Origin: Hormiphora californensis
Lineage: Eukaryota > Animalia > Ctenophora
Length of the DNA stretch: 64,000 nt
Reading direction: 5' to 3'
Assembly: GCA_020137815.1 (NCBI GenBank)
Contig: CM035355.1
Coordinates: forward strand, 2,232,001-2,296,000
Shown here: one piece after another, positions 40,520 through 54,200 of the stretch
How positions within the stretch are numbered: the first letter of the stretch is position 1
How the letters are laid out: every line of letters begins with the position of its first letter
Position numbers and translations under genes: made by a program
The notes under the pieces: generated by a model
What the model was told of the DNA's origin: nothing
What the model saw: only the letters and a program-made list of their open reading frames with translations
Database searches by the model: none

Positions 40520-41880
40520 CCAAACCCCCCCCTTTAAAAAAACCTTTTTTTAAAAATTTCCCGAATTTTTTTTTTTTTGGGGGGTTTTTTTCCCCCCATT
40601 TTTAATTTTTTAAAAAAAAAAAATTTTTTTCCCCCCCGGGTTTTTTCCCACGGCCCCCCCCAAACCAAAAAACCCCCCCGGGTTTTTTTTTTTTGGGGGG
40701 GGGGGGCCCCCTTAAAACCCCCTTTTTTAAAAAAAAACCCCGGGGGGGGGGGGAAAAGGGGGGGGAAAAAACCCCCCCCAAAAAACCTTTTTAAACCCGG
40801 CCGGGGGGGGAACCCCCCAAAAAAGGGAAAAAAAAATTTTTTTTTTGGGGGAATTGGTTTTTTTAAAAATTTTCCTCCCCCCAAAACCCCAAAAACAAAA
40901 AAACCCTTAAGGGTTTTTTTTAAGGGCCCCCTTTTTAAAATTTTTTTTCCCTTTTTAAAAAAAAAAATTTTGGCATTTTTTTTTTTTTTTTAAAAAAATT
41001 TGGCCCTTTTTTTTCCCGGGGGGAAAGGGCCGAAAAAAAAAAAAAGGGAAAAATTTTTTTAAAATTTTTTTTAAAAAAAAAATTTTAAAAAAAAAACCCC
41101 CCCCAAAAATATTTTTTTTTTCCCCCCTTTTTTTTTCTTTTTTTGGGGCCCCCCAAAAAAAATTTTTTGGGGGGGGGTTTCCCGGGGGGGGGGTTTTTTT
41201 ATTTTTTTTTTTTTTCCCCCCCCAAAACCCCCCCCCTTTTTTTAAACCCCTTTTTTTTTCCTTTTCCCCCCCCCTTTTCTCCCCTTTTTTTTTCCCCCTT
41301 TTTTCCCCCCCTTTTTTTTTTTTCCCCTTTTCCCTTTTTCCCCCCCCTTTTCTTTTTCCCCTTTTTTTTTTTCCCCCCCCTTTTTTTTTTTTTCCTTTTT
41401 TTTTCCCCCCCCCCCTTCTTTTTTTTTCCCCCTTTTTTTTTTCCCCCCTTTGGGGGGGGGGGGGAAAAAAATTTTTTAAAAAAAAATTTAAGGTTTTTTT
41501 AAAAAAAACCCCTTTTTTTTTTTTTTTTAAAAATTTTTTTTAAAAAAAAAAGGGGGTTTTTTTTTTTTAAAAAAATTTTTTTTTTTAAAAAAAAAAAAAA
41601 ATTTTTTTTTTTTAAAAAAGGCCCCAAAAAAAACCCCCCCAAAAAAAATTTTTCCAATTTTTTTTCCCCCCAAAAAAAAAAAAAAAAGGGGGGGAATAAA
41701 ACCCCCCCCCCGGGGGGGGGGTTTTTGGGGGGGGGGGGGTTAACCCCCCAAGGCCCCCCTTTTTGGGGTTTTTTTTTTTGGGGGAAAAAAAATTTTTTTT
41801 TTTTTTTTTTAAAAAAAAAACCCCGGGAGGGGGTTCCGGGGGGGGAAAAATTTTTTTGGGGGTTTTTTGGGGTTTTTAAA
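40520..41880. other. Homopolymer-run low-complexity block, probable sequencing/assembly artefact
   Basis: Almost entirely runs of A, C, G and T with no periodicity, grading into noisy flanks. Confidence 0.8.
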
Positions 41881-42519
41881 ATTACTGCTGCAGTACCCCA
41901 ACTCCTGCTAAATGACAACATCCCCCCCAAGGGTTTTTTAAAGAGGATTTTTAGCCCGGCTTTTCCCCAGCACGCCATCCCCCCCTAACCTCCATCACCG
42001 TCCCAACCTGTTTAAAACCAGTAGTCTAATGGGGTTTGGGGGTGGTTCGTTTTGGATCCAGTTGTCCAGGCGGAGACTAAGGCTGACCCCTACCTGTGGC
42101 ACTTCTATGCCCCGGTTTGGTCACGCACTGAAGATACTGAATACAGTAGAACAGGTGAGGTTGTCTACTTCTGTACCTCTCTCGTTCTTCAGAAATATCC
42201 TTTGTGCGCTGGAAAGGGAGGGGTAACGTTACTAACGTACTTCCACCCATATTAAGAAAAAAAAAACACGCCCCTTTTTGGGGCCGTGGCATTGTCACAT
42301 TGCTACATTGGGGGGGGGCAGTTGGGAAACATTCCTTCCCCTTTCCCCTTTCCCCTTTTCACTCTTTTCTTTGGCCCCAAAACTTTGGGAAAAAAAGCCG
42401 TATATTTCAAAAAATTGCCAAAAAATATATTTTTCCCCTTTTTTAGAGAGGAAAACTGTGGGAAAAGGGGACACCACCACCTACTGTCATTCCCCCTTTA
42501 CGGCCCCCCGAAGATTTTC

Positions 42520-45031
42520 GTACGAAATGCCTTTGGTCAATAATGCCTACAGGGGGATATAGGCATTAAAAATTTGGGTTTTAGGAAAAAACCCTCAAAC
42601 CCGGGAATAAGCCACGGTGGGCCCAAAATGCCTTTCGAAAAGTACGATAATGCCTACGATCAATAATGCCCACATTATTGATTTAATTTGGGTTTTAGGC
42701 AAAAGCATCAATTTATTGTTGATATGGGCGATAATGCTACAGGGTGGGGGATGGGGTGTAGGCAAAAAAAGCGCCAATATATTGTTGATATGGCGGATAA
42801 TGCCTACAAGCGTTCAAATCATATCCCGATTTTGGTAACGTGACATGAGGGCGGACCAAACGATATAGGAGATATGGTCGGTTAGTTATTGGAGTAAACC
42901 GATTGACATGAGAGCTCCTCTAATCGGTAAGGCTTAAGCTCTCAGTCTCGTCGGATGGATACGTGATATGGGCGGTTCATCTAACGGCTTGTTACAACGA
43001 TTAGAGGAGCTCTCATGTCTCATTCACTATGCAATCGGTTGGACCTACGACTCCTCCTCCTCCTCTTCCTGCTAACCTACCCCCTACCCACCACCTACCC
43101 CTCCTCCCTCCGCCTGACTACACCTACCCTACCTACCCCTCCTCTCCGTACATCCTTCTCTCAATTCCTGACTGGTGCTAAAGGTGGACGACAGGCCGCC
43201 TATAAGGATACTCTACTGTGGAAACAGGAAGACCCAGAAAGTCCAGCACTGGGCCTGCAAGGACCGGAAACAGTACACACCAAACTGTACGGGACGACAA
43301 ACTACCACCCTCGATGAACCAGTTGGAGTAGTAAAGGAGACCCCGCACACCCATGACCCCCTCCATCCAGACAACATCGGCAAATGCCTTCCTCTATGAC
43401 TCCGGCAAGTTACTACCTCTTCATCTGACGCCCCTGCGAAGCTGGTAACCAGTCTACTAGGCGGGACCCCCCAGGACGCCATCCATGAGCTGCCTGACCT
43501 AAAAAAGCTCAAGAGAAAAGTTACTACAAGAGGAGACTGGAGAGAGGATAACCCCTGATTGAAGATACATGCGCTACAGAGTTTTCCTACTCTTCTTCAT
43601 GGGACGGCTCCATATATTCTCGGACACCACCACCTCCCTCAACCGGCGTGTTATTGCAATGGCCTCCACCAACACCCTCGAAGTCCTCAACCAACACCAC
43701 TCCACCTCTATCTGGATGGAACTCTAACGGTGGCACCCCAAAACACTTCCGGCAACTTGGTCGTCTGCGGCCATGTATGTGGAAGCTCCGAGGCTATCCT
43801 TTGGCCTACTATGTCCGGAGGACCAGACTACCTCTTTCTACTCCACTCTGCCTGGAAGGAAAAATCAAAGTGCCTGCCCCGCCTAAACATGGACACCATA
43901 CTCTGTGACTTTGAGCAGGCCGAACATGGAGCCATCAATCTTACACTTCCCTATGATGCAGACATACGGGGCTGCCTATCCACTGGAAGCAAGCAGTTAC
44001 GGCGACACCTAATGAAGCTCCAGGACTACCCCTCTGACCCGGTGCTAAGCTGGAGCTGGAAACTCTGTTTGGACTGGCAATTCGTTCCTGTTGGCGAGGG
44101 TGGTGGACTCCTGGGGAAACTACTCTAAACTGAATCTCACCATCCAAGCAGCGCGCGGGAGTATTCCTAGACTACTTTGAAGCCACCGGATCCTTTCACC
44201 ATCTACCCTATCCGGAGTTGTGAACATGTTCCAGACTGTCCTAGACGGAGGTCCCCCGTACCAACAACCACCGGAGGGGAACAACAATGCCTTGAAAACG
44301 CTTCATCGGTTGCAGTAATCCCTCTGGTGGACTCCTGGCGGACGCCCTCGACCCAGTTCAATCAACAGGCCGAACTACACACATCGAGCACTGCCTCACT
44401 GGAACGTTCCTGCCGCTAAGAGGAGGAAGAAGTATCGGGACCTGAGGAGAGGATCAGAAAGCCATCAGTAACTACGGAATGTCGGACTTGCCTTACTGCA
44501 GATCTTTGAGCAGACATTGGAAAAAATTCAGTGTATTTCAGTTGATTCAGTTTTATATAATGAACTAGCATGTTTATAGTATATAATGTATCTTCTACCA
44601 TCGTCTCTTACTAACAACCCTTTCTCTTGCTACTCTTCTATTCAGTCTCTTTTCTATCTCCTATATTATTTCTATATATTGAAATATGGATAGAAAAGAG
44701 AATGAAAGATTGCATGCAGTTGACAACTCGTAAGAATATCTGATCGGTAAATATATATACCGAATCGAGATATCCTAGCGAGTTGTCAACGCAATGCAAT
44801 ACTGCCACACCCTGAGGTGGAGGGTAGGCAAACTGCTCGTAGGCATTAGTGTCAACATCAGTGGTTAAATCACAGTTTTGCCTACATGGTAGGCATTATG
44901 TACCGTAGGCAAAACTGCGGTTTACCCCCTGGTGTTGACGTAATGCCTCAAGACCAGTTTGCCACCCCCACCTCTAATTAGGTGTTTTAGGGTGTAGGCA
45001 TTATTGACCGTAGGCATTATTGTATGCTACC
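42520..45031 (+). mobile_element. Decayed Mutator-like (FLYWCH-MULE, Phantom-type) DNA transposon
   Basis: AATGCCTAC/GTAGGCATT subterminal repeats in opposite orientation at 42520-42810 and 44835-45030 flank a broken transposase. Confidence 0.72.
43015..44510 (+). pseudogene. FLYWCH plus MULE DDE transposase, multiply frameshifted
   Basis: KGGR.., HWACKDRK..CTGR..PHTH (FLYWCH); YLDGT...AP..F.QL; CDFEQA..AI..P..IRGC..HWKQA; PRTNNH. Confidence 0.8.
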
Positions 45032-45270
45032 ATTTGATTCTCAACAGTGCGGTCATCTGAGCTCAGATGGGTCGCGGCGCCAGACAGGCTAGGCTGTGGC
45101 AGGCTGAGGCCCCCTCTGAACTCTGAAGTCTGAATTTTGTGAATGTGAACACAGAGGTGTACGACGTCACACGTGCCGAAATCGGGTTGGTGCCACCAAA
45201 CAGGCCAGGGTCCAGAACGGTGTACTTGTGACTGAGCGACACTGACCACAGACCATTCTTCAATTTAGAT

Positions 45271-48200
45271 TCAATATGACACAATACAAGATAAACTCTG
45301 TAAAATGTTGGCGAGATTGACACCCTGCAAAGCAGAAAGAGGTAGCAATGGTAAAGCACGCAGTTCACGAAAACAGCATGGGGTTCTCAAAGGCACCATA
45401 AACTTGGCTCTCAGTTTATATAGTTCTGCTAATGACTCAAGATATCCTGCTGACTCTGAAGCTCCCCGTCTGATGATTGTCTGTATTTTACACTGCAGTG
45501 GATCTCATTCGCCAAATCTGATGCTTTCTGAAAACATGAATCAAGTAGTATAATTGCAACAATAGGTAAGTGGTTATTTTTCTTAGGCATAGAACAAATT
45601 GAAAGTCATTGGCCTTGTTACTGAATCCTAGTGGGTCCTGGATCCCAGTTCCCCATCCAAAATTCCTCTAACTAATTTAATTTTTAGATGTGTGTCCCGG
45701 GGACACTGTCCCACTCCCACCTCCGGCCCTCTTCCCTGGGAAACTTCCTAGCTTCCCCTCCCCATGCCTCTAACTCCTATTGGCCCCTTACTTGCTCTTC
45801 CCCATGGAGATGAGCTACTGCTAGTTTCCCTCTCCAACCCTTGATTTCTCTATACTCCCTATCTCCGGCTATCTTTATCATTACCTTTTGTAGTTGACTA
45901 TCCACCATTACATTTCTATCGGTGAGAGTGCACATGGTGTTAATGCTGCCTCCGCCGGCCAATGGATACCGGATGAGAGACACGCAGGTCCAGTTCCTCA
46001 CTATACGCGTTGTGTAGGATCACCGACCTGTAACCTGGACATAGAGGGATTGTTAAGACAGAGAGGGAGGGTGATCGGGGAGGAGAGACAGGAGACTGTA
46101 ACCTGGACAGCGAGGGACAGAGAGAAGGACAGAGAGGGACAGAGAGAGACTGAGAGACAGAGAGAGGGACAGAGAGGAAGGGTAAGTACACCGACCTGTA
46201 ACCTGGACAGAGGAAGAGGGTGAGTCTCAACGAGACAGACAGGGAGGGTGAGGGTGATTGGGATGATTTGGGGAGGAGAGGTCCTCCCTGTAAGTACTTG
46301 TTGAGTAAGTACAGCACGTAGCAGGATCGGGAGGGTAATGTGTGTATTTGGGCACTATACGTGCAGTGGGAACAGTACAGGGCAACACCAATTTGCAATT
46401 TGCAAGTTGAGAGAGCCACAAACTTTAACTTGTTATCACTGCACTGCACATTGGCGCATTGCATGCAATAACAGCTGTGATAACAAAATCCAAATTCTAC
46501 GATCTCTCAAATGGGATAACCATGAAGGCAGTGAAATGATTATTTTCTCAGGTGGTTGAGTAGTTGGAGTGTATTATGTATTAACTTATATTGCGCCTTC
46601 CTCCCTCCCTCTAAGAAAAATAGAAATTAGAAAGTTTGATGCATGTCTGATGTAGCCGACCCTTTTTTTATTGTTGCGATATAGGGCGTTCAGTTCGGGT
46701 CGGTGCCGCAGACAGACAGGTTCTGAAAATTCAGAACCTTTGTTTGTGTACATTCAGACTAAAAGTAACAAAAAGACCCAGTTTTGTGTTTCACATTCCA
46801 TGGTTTGTCTCAATTCCATCTAGTCGCCTACTCTATGTCAGTATTTCAGGAAATATCACGGTATAAAATGTACGATCATTCGCTGTATGACTAGAATTAA
46901 AATGTATTGCCATGTGGGCGTTTTGATATCCAACACCGATTACACATTGTACCAGTGACAGCTTGAGTTGGTGTTTGTGCAGTCCCGATATCTCTAGCTA
47001 ATTAGGGCTGCATTCCGACACCACGTGACTTTACTAACAGTCACGTGTCTTGACTAACAGTCACGTGACTTTACTAACAGTCACGTGACTTTACTAACAG
47101 TCACGTGTCTTGACTAACAGTCACGTGACTTTACTAACAGTCACGTGACTTTACTAACAGTCACGTGTCTTGACTAACAGTCACGTGACACCCTACACGT
47201 GTCTGCAGTTCCAGCCAGTGTAACACGTCACGGCAGTCAGCTTATCACTAATTGGGGCAGCCACATACCAACTGCAGTCTGCTAATTGGGGCACATACCA
47301 ATACTGTCTCATCTTACGCCCTCTTTCCCAGACCCCAATAATTAGGGGCATTAGTGGGGCTCCAACTGCAAGGGGAGAAGGGTTATAAAACAGGTCTCAT
47401 TTCCCCCAAACATATCAATCACTGTCTTTCTTCACAGCAAAACAGCTCCTACTACTCCAACACCACTTCAGCTGAACTCTCTGTGATACTACTTCATCTG
47501 ATCTCCAACAACCAACCAGCAGCAACTACTCCTACCAGCCCCTAACTGTTATCCAGCCTACTGATCTCTGAACACAGCAGCTCCTACTACTCAGCTGATA
47601 TCTCTCTACCACGTGCCTCCTGATCTCCTGATCCCTACCACTGCCACCATGTACGGGAAAACCCGAGCTACCGAGATATTCACGGACCACTACAGCCTCA
47701 TCGAGAACATCGGAGCGGGCGGATATGGAACTGTTTGGACTTGTCTGGACCGGGTCACGAAGGAGAAGTTCGCTGTGAAAATTGTACCTGATAAGAAGTG
47801 CTGGAGGAAAACTTGGTAAGTTCTATCCCATTCCATCCCCCAACAACCCCATCCCCTGATCCCGAACTCAACCCCTGTTGATACCCCCTTTGATCAGACC
47901 CCCTCCCTATCCCACATGACACCCCCACCTTGTTATCGGACCTCTCCCTAACCATAACCCCTTTCTAACACACCTCCCTAAAACCACATCCCCTTATTGT
48001 TTCAGACCCCTCCCTAACTCCTTTCAATATCCACATGAACAACCCCCTCGTAACCAACACGGAACAAAAAACAACTAGGAAAGAAAAAAAAAGAAAAAAA
48101 AAGAAATTAAAAAACAAAAAAGACAAACAAAAAATAAAACCGAAAGAAAAAACAAAAAAGAAAAAAAATAATAGAAAACAAACACACTAACAACATAAAG

Positions 48201-51200
48201 AAAAAAAACAATCATAAAACATAAAGCATAAGAAAAAAAACTACATAAATAAAACCTAACATACAAGAAAAGAAACAAAAAAAACATAAAGAACACACCT
48301 ACACCCACACATCCCTAACCCACCCTCCTAACACACCCTCTACCCACCCTCCCTAAACCCACCCTCCCTAACCCACCCTCCCTAACCCACCCTCCCTAAC
48401 CCACCCTCCCTAACCCACCCTCCTAAAACCCCCTCCCTAACCTCCCTAACCCACATGGTGACCTAACCCCGTTATTGATAAGACCCCCTTCCTAACCCCT
48501 CTTTCTCTATCTCCAGGTGTGACAAATTCCAGCTGCGTGTCCCAGACGAGGTGGCCCTGTGGTTACCCCTCCAGCACCCAAATATCACCAAACTACATGA
48601 GGTTAGTAGAACACCCCTCGATCAATTAGCCCCGTTACTTCTTGTGCAACAGTGCCGTCTCTAACCCCCATCTCGAAACCCCGATCTCTAATCAATCCCC
48701 CATTTCTAATCAATCCCCCGCTGATCTAATCCCGATATCCCCCGATCTACTACCGTTTCTAACCCATGTAACCCCTCACCAGGTGTTCTACGATGAAATC
48801 TCTCGATACTGGGCCATTGTGATGGACTATGATTCCGATTTTGAAGATCTGTTCAACTACATTGACCGAAATGGACCCCTCTCCAGCACTGTTTCAGCCC
48901 ACATTACACGACAGGTACAGTTGCTCAGAACAATTCACATCCCCGATACCGATGCTTCTCGATCTTTTTACTTCCAGTCTCACTAAATGTTACCCCCTGG
49001 CCCTTCCCCATTCCAATAATTTCTAACCCCCTATCCCCCCAGGTTATCAAAGTTGTCCACTACCTAGTTTCCTCTGGAATCGATCACCGCGACATCAAGG
49101 ACGAGAACATTCTATACAACCCCAAAACACGACAGGTTGGTGTTCATTTCATTCTCTCATTCTAACTCATTAAGGGTACACCTGGCGTTTTTCATCATCG
49201 AGTGCCCAACCAAATGACTTCACCAGGGTTTAGGTCATACAAATCGGACCTCAAATATGCAATTTTAGCCCTAAAGTCGAATTCATATTTTTGCTAAAGC
49301 CTATTTTCAAAGTGGCGTTTTTCAATTTTTGTTGGAATTTTTAACTCAGGACCACTTTTTGAGATAGAAACATTAAATTCTTGGAATTTGAAGAGAATAT
49401 AAAGGTGAATAGCCCAAAGAAGGAATTTTTGAAATGGAGCTTATTTCTGGCCATGAGAAGGTTTACTTTTTTGCTTCTTTGAACACGCTGGCTGAGAATG
49501 TTCCCATGCTTCATTAGAGATGAAAATCTGGAAATAGTTGCTCAAAACGATTATCTATGTGGCCCAAAAATTTTGGAACTTTCCCGCCAAAGATGTCGTG
49601 TACAGAGCTTGTTTTGTGAAACCCGTCTTTTTGAAAAAGAGAAGAATTCCCTGTATCTCCAAAACGGATGATCGTAGAGACCTGGGACCAAGCTAATCGA
49701 TTCAGAAGGTCCGATTTTGGGGGGGTCTTTGAGAGACATTTTGCTCCTACTCCAACCGTTTTTGCTGTAATTGCAAAAAACCAATTCTATGAAAGGGGGA
49801 ACAACTATTCCAGTAGCCTGCTTCGGGCTGATTTCCCCTTACTTGCTGATACCTTTTTCGCAATTACACGCAAAAACGGTTGGAGTAGGAGCAAAATATC
49901 TCTCAGAAGACCCCCCAAAATCGGACCTTCTGAATCGATTAAGCTTGTCCCAGGTCTCTACGATCACTCGTTTTGGAGATACGGGAATTCCTCTCTTTTT
50001 CAAAAAGACGGGTTTCACAAAACAAGCTCTGTACACGACATCTTTGGCGGGAAAGTTCCAAAATTTTTGGGCCACATAGATAATCGTTTTGAGCAACTAT
50101 TTCCAGATTTTCATTCTAATGAAGCATGGGAACATTCTCAGCCAGCGTGTCAAAGAAGCAAAAAAAGTAAACCCTTCTCATGGCCAGAAATAAGCTCCAT
50201 TTCAAAAATCCTTCTTTGGGCTTATTCACCTTTATATTCTCTTCAAATTCCAAGAATTTAATGTTTCTATCTCAAAAAAAAGTGGTCCTGAGGTTTAAAA
50301 ATTCCAACAAAAATTGAAAAAAACGCCACTTTGAAAATAGGCTGTAGCAAAAATATGAATCGACTTTAGGGCTAAAATTGCATATTTGAGGTCCATTTTG
50401 TATGACCTAAACCCTGGTGAAGTCATTTGGTTGGGCACTCGATGATGAAAAACGCCAGGTGTACCCTTAACTCTGTTAAATTGCCTGATCTGAAATAAGA
50501 TAATTAGAAAAGTTTGCTCCAATATTTGACTTCATTGACCTGCCCACCAACTAACACACCATCTCTCTCCCTTGCAGATAAAACTCCTTGACTTCGGATC
50601 AGCCTCCAAAATGCCAACAGAACCGTACAACAGCTACCAGGGAACGGACGTCTACCTCCCTCCAGAGTACTACATCCACAAGAAATACGAAGCCCTCCCC
50701 GCTACCGTGTGGACCATTGGCTGCCTAGTCCACTGCCTGATCGCCGGGGATTGTCCCTTTACCACCACAGAGGAGATCCGAGATTTTGTTTGTTTGAGGT
50801 GGCTTGATGATGGTGATGAGCAGGCTAAGAGTTTCATTGACAGTTGTTTGAAGGTTGTGCCTGGTGAGAGGTTGCACATTGCAAACCTACTGCGACACCC
50901 CTGGTTTAGTGAGGGTGCTAGTGATGGACCTGCTAGCAGGACAAGATCTAGATCCTCAACTGCAGCAAGGACTGTCGGGTCTATCAGTGTGTGAAAGAGA
51001 ACAATATTATCAGATCTATTTGTGTTAGAGATGTTCGTCAAGCTAGATGTGTGTATACAAAACTACTAACTAGTATTAGAGTGGAATATAGCTCAGATAT
51101 AGCTCAGATTTTGTATATTTTATCTGGTTCAGATGTGAGATGGTTAGTTTATGAACAAGGTTCAAATTGTTCTTTGAATTGATCGTATCCAGGTTTTGAG

Positions 51201-54200
51201 GGTCTGTGCTCTCCCCTAGGTGTGTCAGAGCCCTACTAGGTGTGTATAGCCCTACTTTTTCAGGGATATATGATTTGTAAATTGGAATTGCTTTTTATCA
51301 TTGCCCAAATTGTTAACAGTTGTGTATTACTTTGTCAAATGCTCGGAACTTCTGCACAGCTTGAACCAGGTTCACTCTGCTATAACTTTCTTACATACTC
51401 CATACCATACATTGGTCACTAAACTGGGCACGACAACCAACATACCTCGACTCACTCGGTACAATTCGGGCACGGTACCACACTGCACTACCACCTTTCA
51501 CCGCTCAGATCCATTTGAACCAGTTCACAAATTACTAACCTTGTCTCATGTAGTCGACTGGCACACACCGCTGTCCCAACATCTCCCCACTCCCTGAGCT
51601 GTAAAGGGCAAACTGGAGGATCTCAAGCTGGGGGTAATCAACCCGGAACCGGAACACGTCTTCTCGGTCTTTGTACCATTTAGGACACAAACCTGAGGGA
51701 TAGTTGGCATACATGGCTGTATCTATCAATATTTGCTATCAGGGCCCAGACCCTCAGATGGGGTCCGCGGCGCCATACAGGGCCCTGCAGGGTCATCTAG
51801 AGGGGGAGGGGGGTGGTAATCATTTCAACTTTTGGTTTCAGTTATACCTCCACTGCGATCCACAGTTGATTTCTTTGTTTCATCAGCATTCCTCCCTACT
51901 CCGTGTTTAGTGATCGTTACATAGCAACCACTCTTGTTCCACCCTTTAGGCAGGGAAATTAACCTGGGGAAATAGTATGGATGGTATCCATTGGATACTA
52001 TAGTTACCGCTGTGTGAACTAGCCATAGTTACCATAACAACTACATGACGTCACAACACTGAACACTGTTACCATGGTAACCCGACAATAGTTATACTAG
52101 TGGGCTATGATTACACTATAGAAATCGACCACTAACCTGCCTGACCACAGTCGAATTGTAACTTGTACTGGATTAGATTCGTAGCAAAATGTTTTGTTAT
52201 CATACGGGTCATACTCATCTTTTCGCTGGAACGCAGGCTTCAACACATATCCCGTCTTTTGGTTCCTGAGATGGTGGGATTTGGGTACAACGATTGTCGG
52301 TTGGTCTGAATAAATGTTGTTCATCACACCCTGCCACGTGATCTATCGAACCCTCATACAGAGTGGTGTGGGAGCGGTGATGAGCCACACACCTGTCACA
52401 CAGCGCAAGTTATTCCCTCCTGGTAAACATGCCGTGATTCAGCTGCATGGGTTGGTCACACATCTGGAAGTTCAAGGCGACCATCTGGATACCAAAACTC
52501 CAGGGCATAACCGGGTTAAAGTTCAACGAGTCCATCCTTTTCCAACTTGGGTACATTCGTGCTATCTAGTGTGGGTAGGATTGGGATGTGAGGATTATTT
52601 AACTGAGGGGGATTTAAATTCGAGGCCCTAGCGTAATAATAAATAAGATGTATCTGGAATGTGGGATAGTATGAATTTCGTTCAGAATTACATCACAAGT
52701 TGAACAGCACAATATTTGCACCTGTTTGTTGGTAAAGTAACAGAGATTTTGGTAATCCACCGCCATCTTGGCTAACTTATCAATTGTTAGCTCCGTAAAG
52801 GATGACATTTGGTACCTGCAAAATTATAATCATTCATTATTATTAATAGTCACTGGTGTTAACTTAAACGACCTAACTCAGTAAAGTTATTATTGTCACG
52901 TTTATTAACTAACTAGCTCAGGAAATAAAACACAGTTATAATTATAACTGCAATAGGAAACCCTTTTCGGTTATGATTTTAAGAACCTTGGCTCCTATAA
53001 TACCCCCATCCCTTTACTCACGGTTCCATGTTGTCTATTTTGTGTGGGATGAAGGGTTTGGGAACCTTTGTCGCCTGGCAATAGACCACCAAATCTGACA
53101 AATCCTTACTGAGGTCCTTCCTGGTGCTCGAGTTAGAGCTGTCAAAGTTAGCAACCCGCGCAAAGATGTCTTGAAACTGCTTCATTTGCTCCGGGTTGAT
53201 AAACCTGGAGGGGGGTAAAAGAGGGTTGCATTGAACAAGTCATGTGTCTTGTGGTAAATATCTAAAGAGTAAAGTAGGTCACAATTTGGTACCATTGTGA
53301 CCTATTCTCGCTTTGCTGCGACGTCGATCTCGCACATGTGTCTATGTCACCAAGGTGAAAATTTCGAATACCTGATGGTTACTCGTGATATTGATGTAGT
53401 AAACAAGCACACTTCCTTATTATCCTCTTCCCTGGCATTTACCCGTAATACCTGGGAGGGGTTACCAAGGGGTTACTAGGGGGTTACTAGGTGGTTACTA
53501 AGGGGTTACCAGGTGGAGTTACCATTACCTGTGGTTGTATGAAAATCTTGTCTTGGCATTATCCCCGAATGGCGTCTCCTCCGGCAACTGGTCAGCTAAC
53601 CTGACTGGAATCTTATAACCTGGAGAGTAGAGGAGCCCACAATGACATGTCCAAATATGGCCAACTTGTGATATGTCCATATACATACAGTAATATACAC
53701 TCACCCTTCCTGATGCCAAGTGAGCCCTCGTACACCTCCTCCCCGTCCATGATTGTCCGGACTGCCTTGTGGAACTTGAGCCCCTTTATGAGTAACATGG
53801 GTGGATTGGAATCTGTGTAGATGTGGTTCTCCTTTAGCTGTACGGTGAGGTATTCCTGTGATCCGGAACCTACAGTGGTTGGAGAGGAAAGGTGGGGTCA
53901 GAGAGAGGGTAGGGGAGGAAGTGGTAATGGCTAGGGGAGAGTGGGATCAGGGGATCCGGGGGGTTGGTTACGAAGTCACCCCTATTGTTGCATACAGCTG
54001 CTATATTAACGCGGAGGGGTAATTTCATTACCAAGGGGGGGGGCCGGGGGGGGGGCAAGTTGGACCAACTGAGTCGATACAACAGTTCGATGTGAAGTTT
54101 GAACTGTGTTAGCAGACGACAATAGCAGTGAATACAATATGATGTGTCTTACCGAATAATCGCGAAGTCTTCATGTCAGGGCACTGATCCTTCACATTGA

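Noticed and set aside
40520-41980. K/F/G/P-rich ORFs and homopolymer block as a biological feature
   Set aside because: Pattern typical of a failed long-read segment; the ORFs are just AAA/TTT/GGG/CCC codons.
48060-48300. A-rich tract and its Phe-rich minus-strand ORF
   Set aside because: Low-complexity intronic sequence, probably noisy; no gene signals.
48312-48452. CCCTAA-containing 14-bp repeat as an interstitial telomere
   Set aside because: The unit is CCCACCCTCCCTAA, not tandem CCCTAA; an ordinary intronic minisatellite.
49551-50522. ORFs inside the palindromic element as a transposase
   Set aside because: No DDE or THAP motifs; mirror-image ORFs arise from the palindrome.
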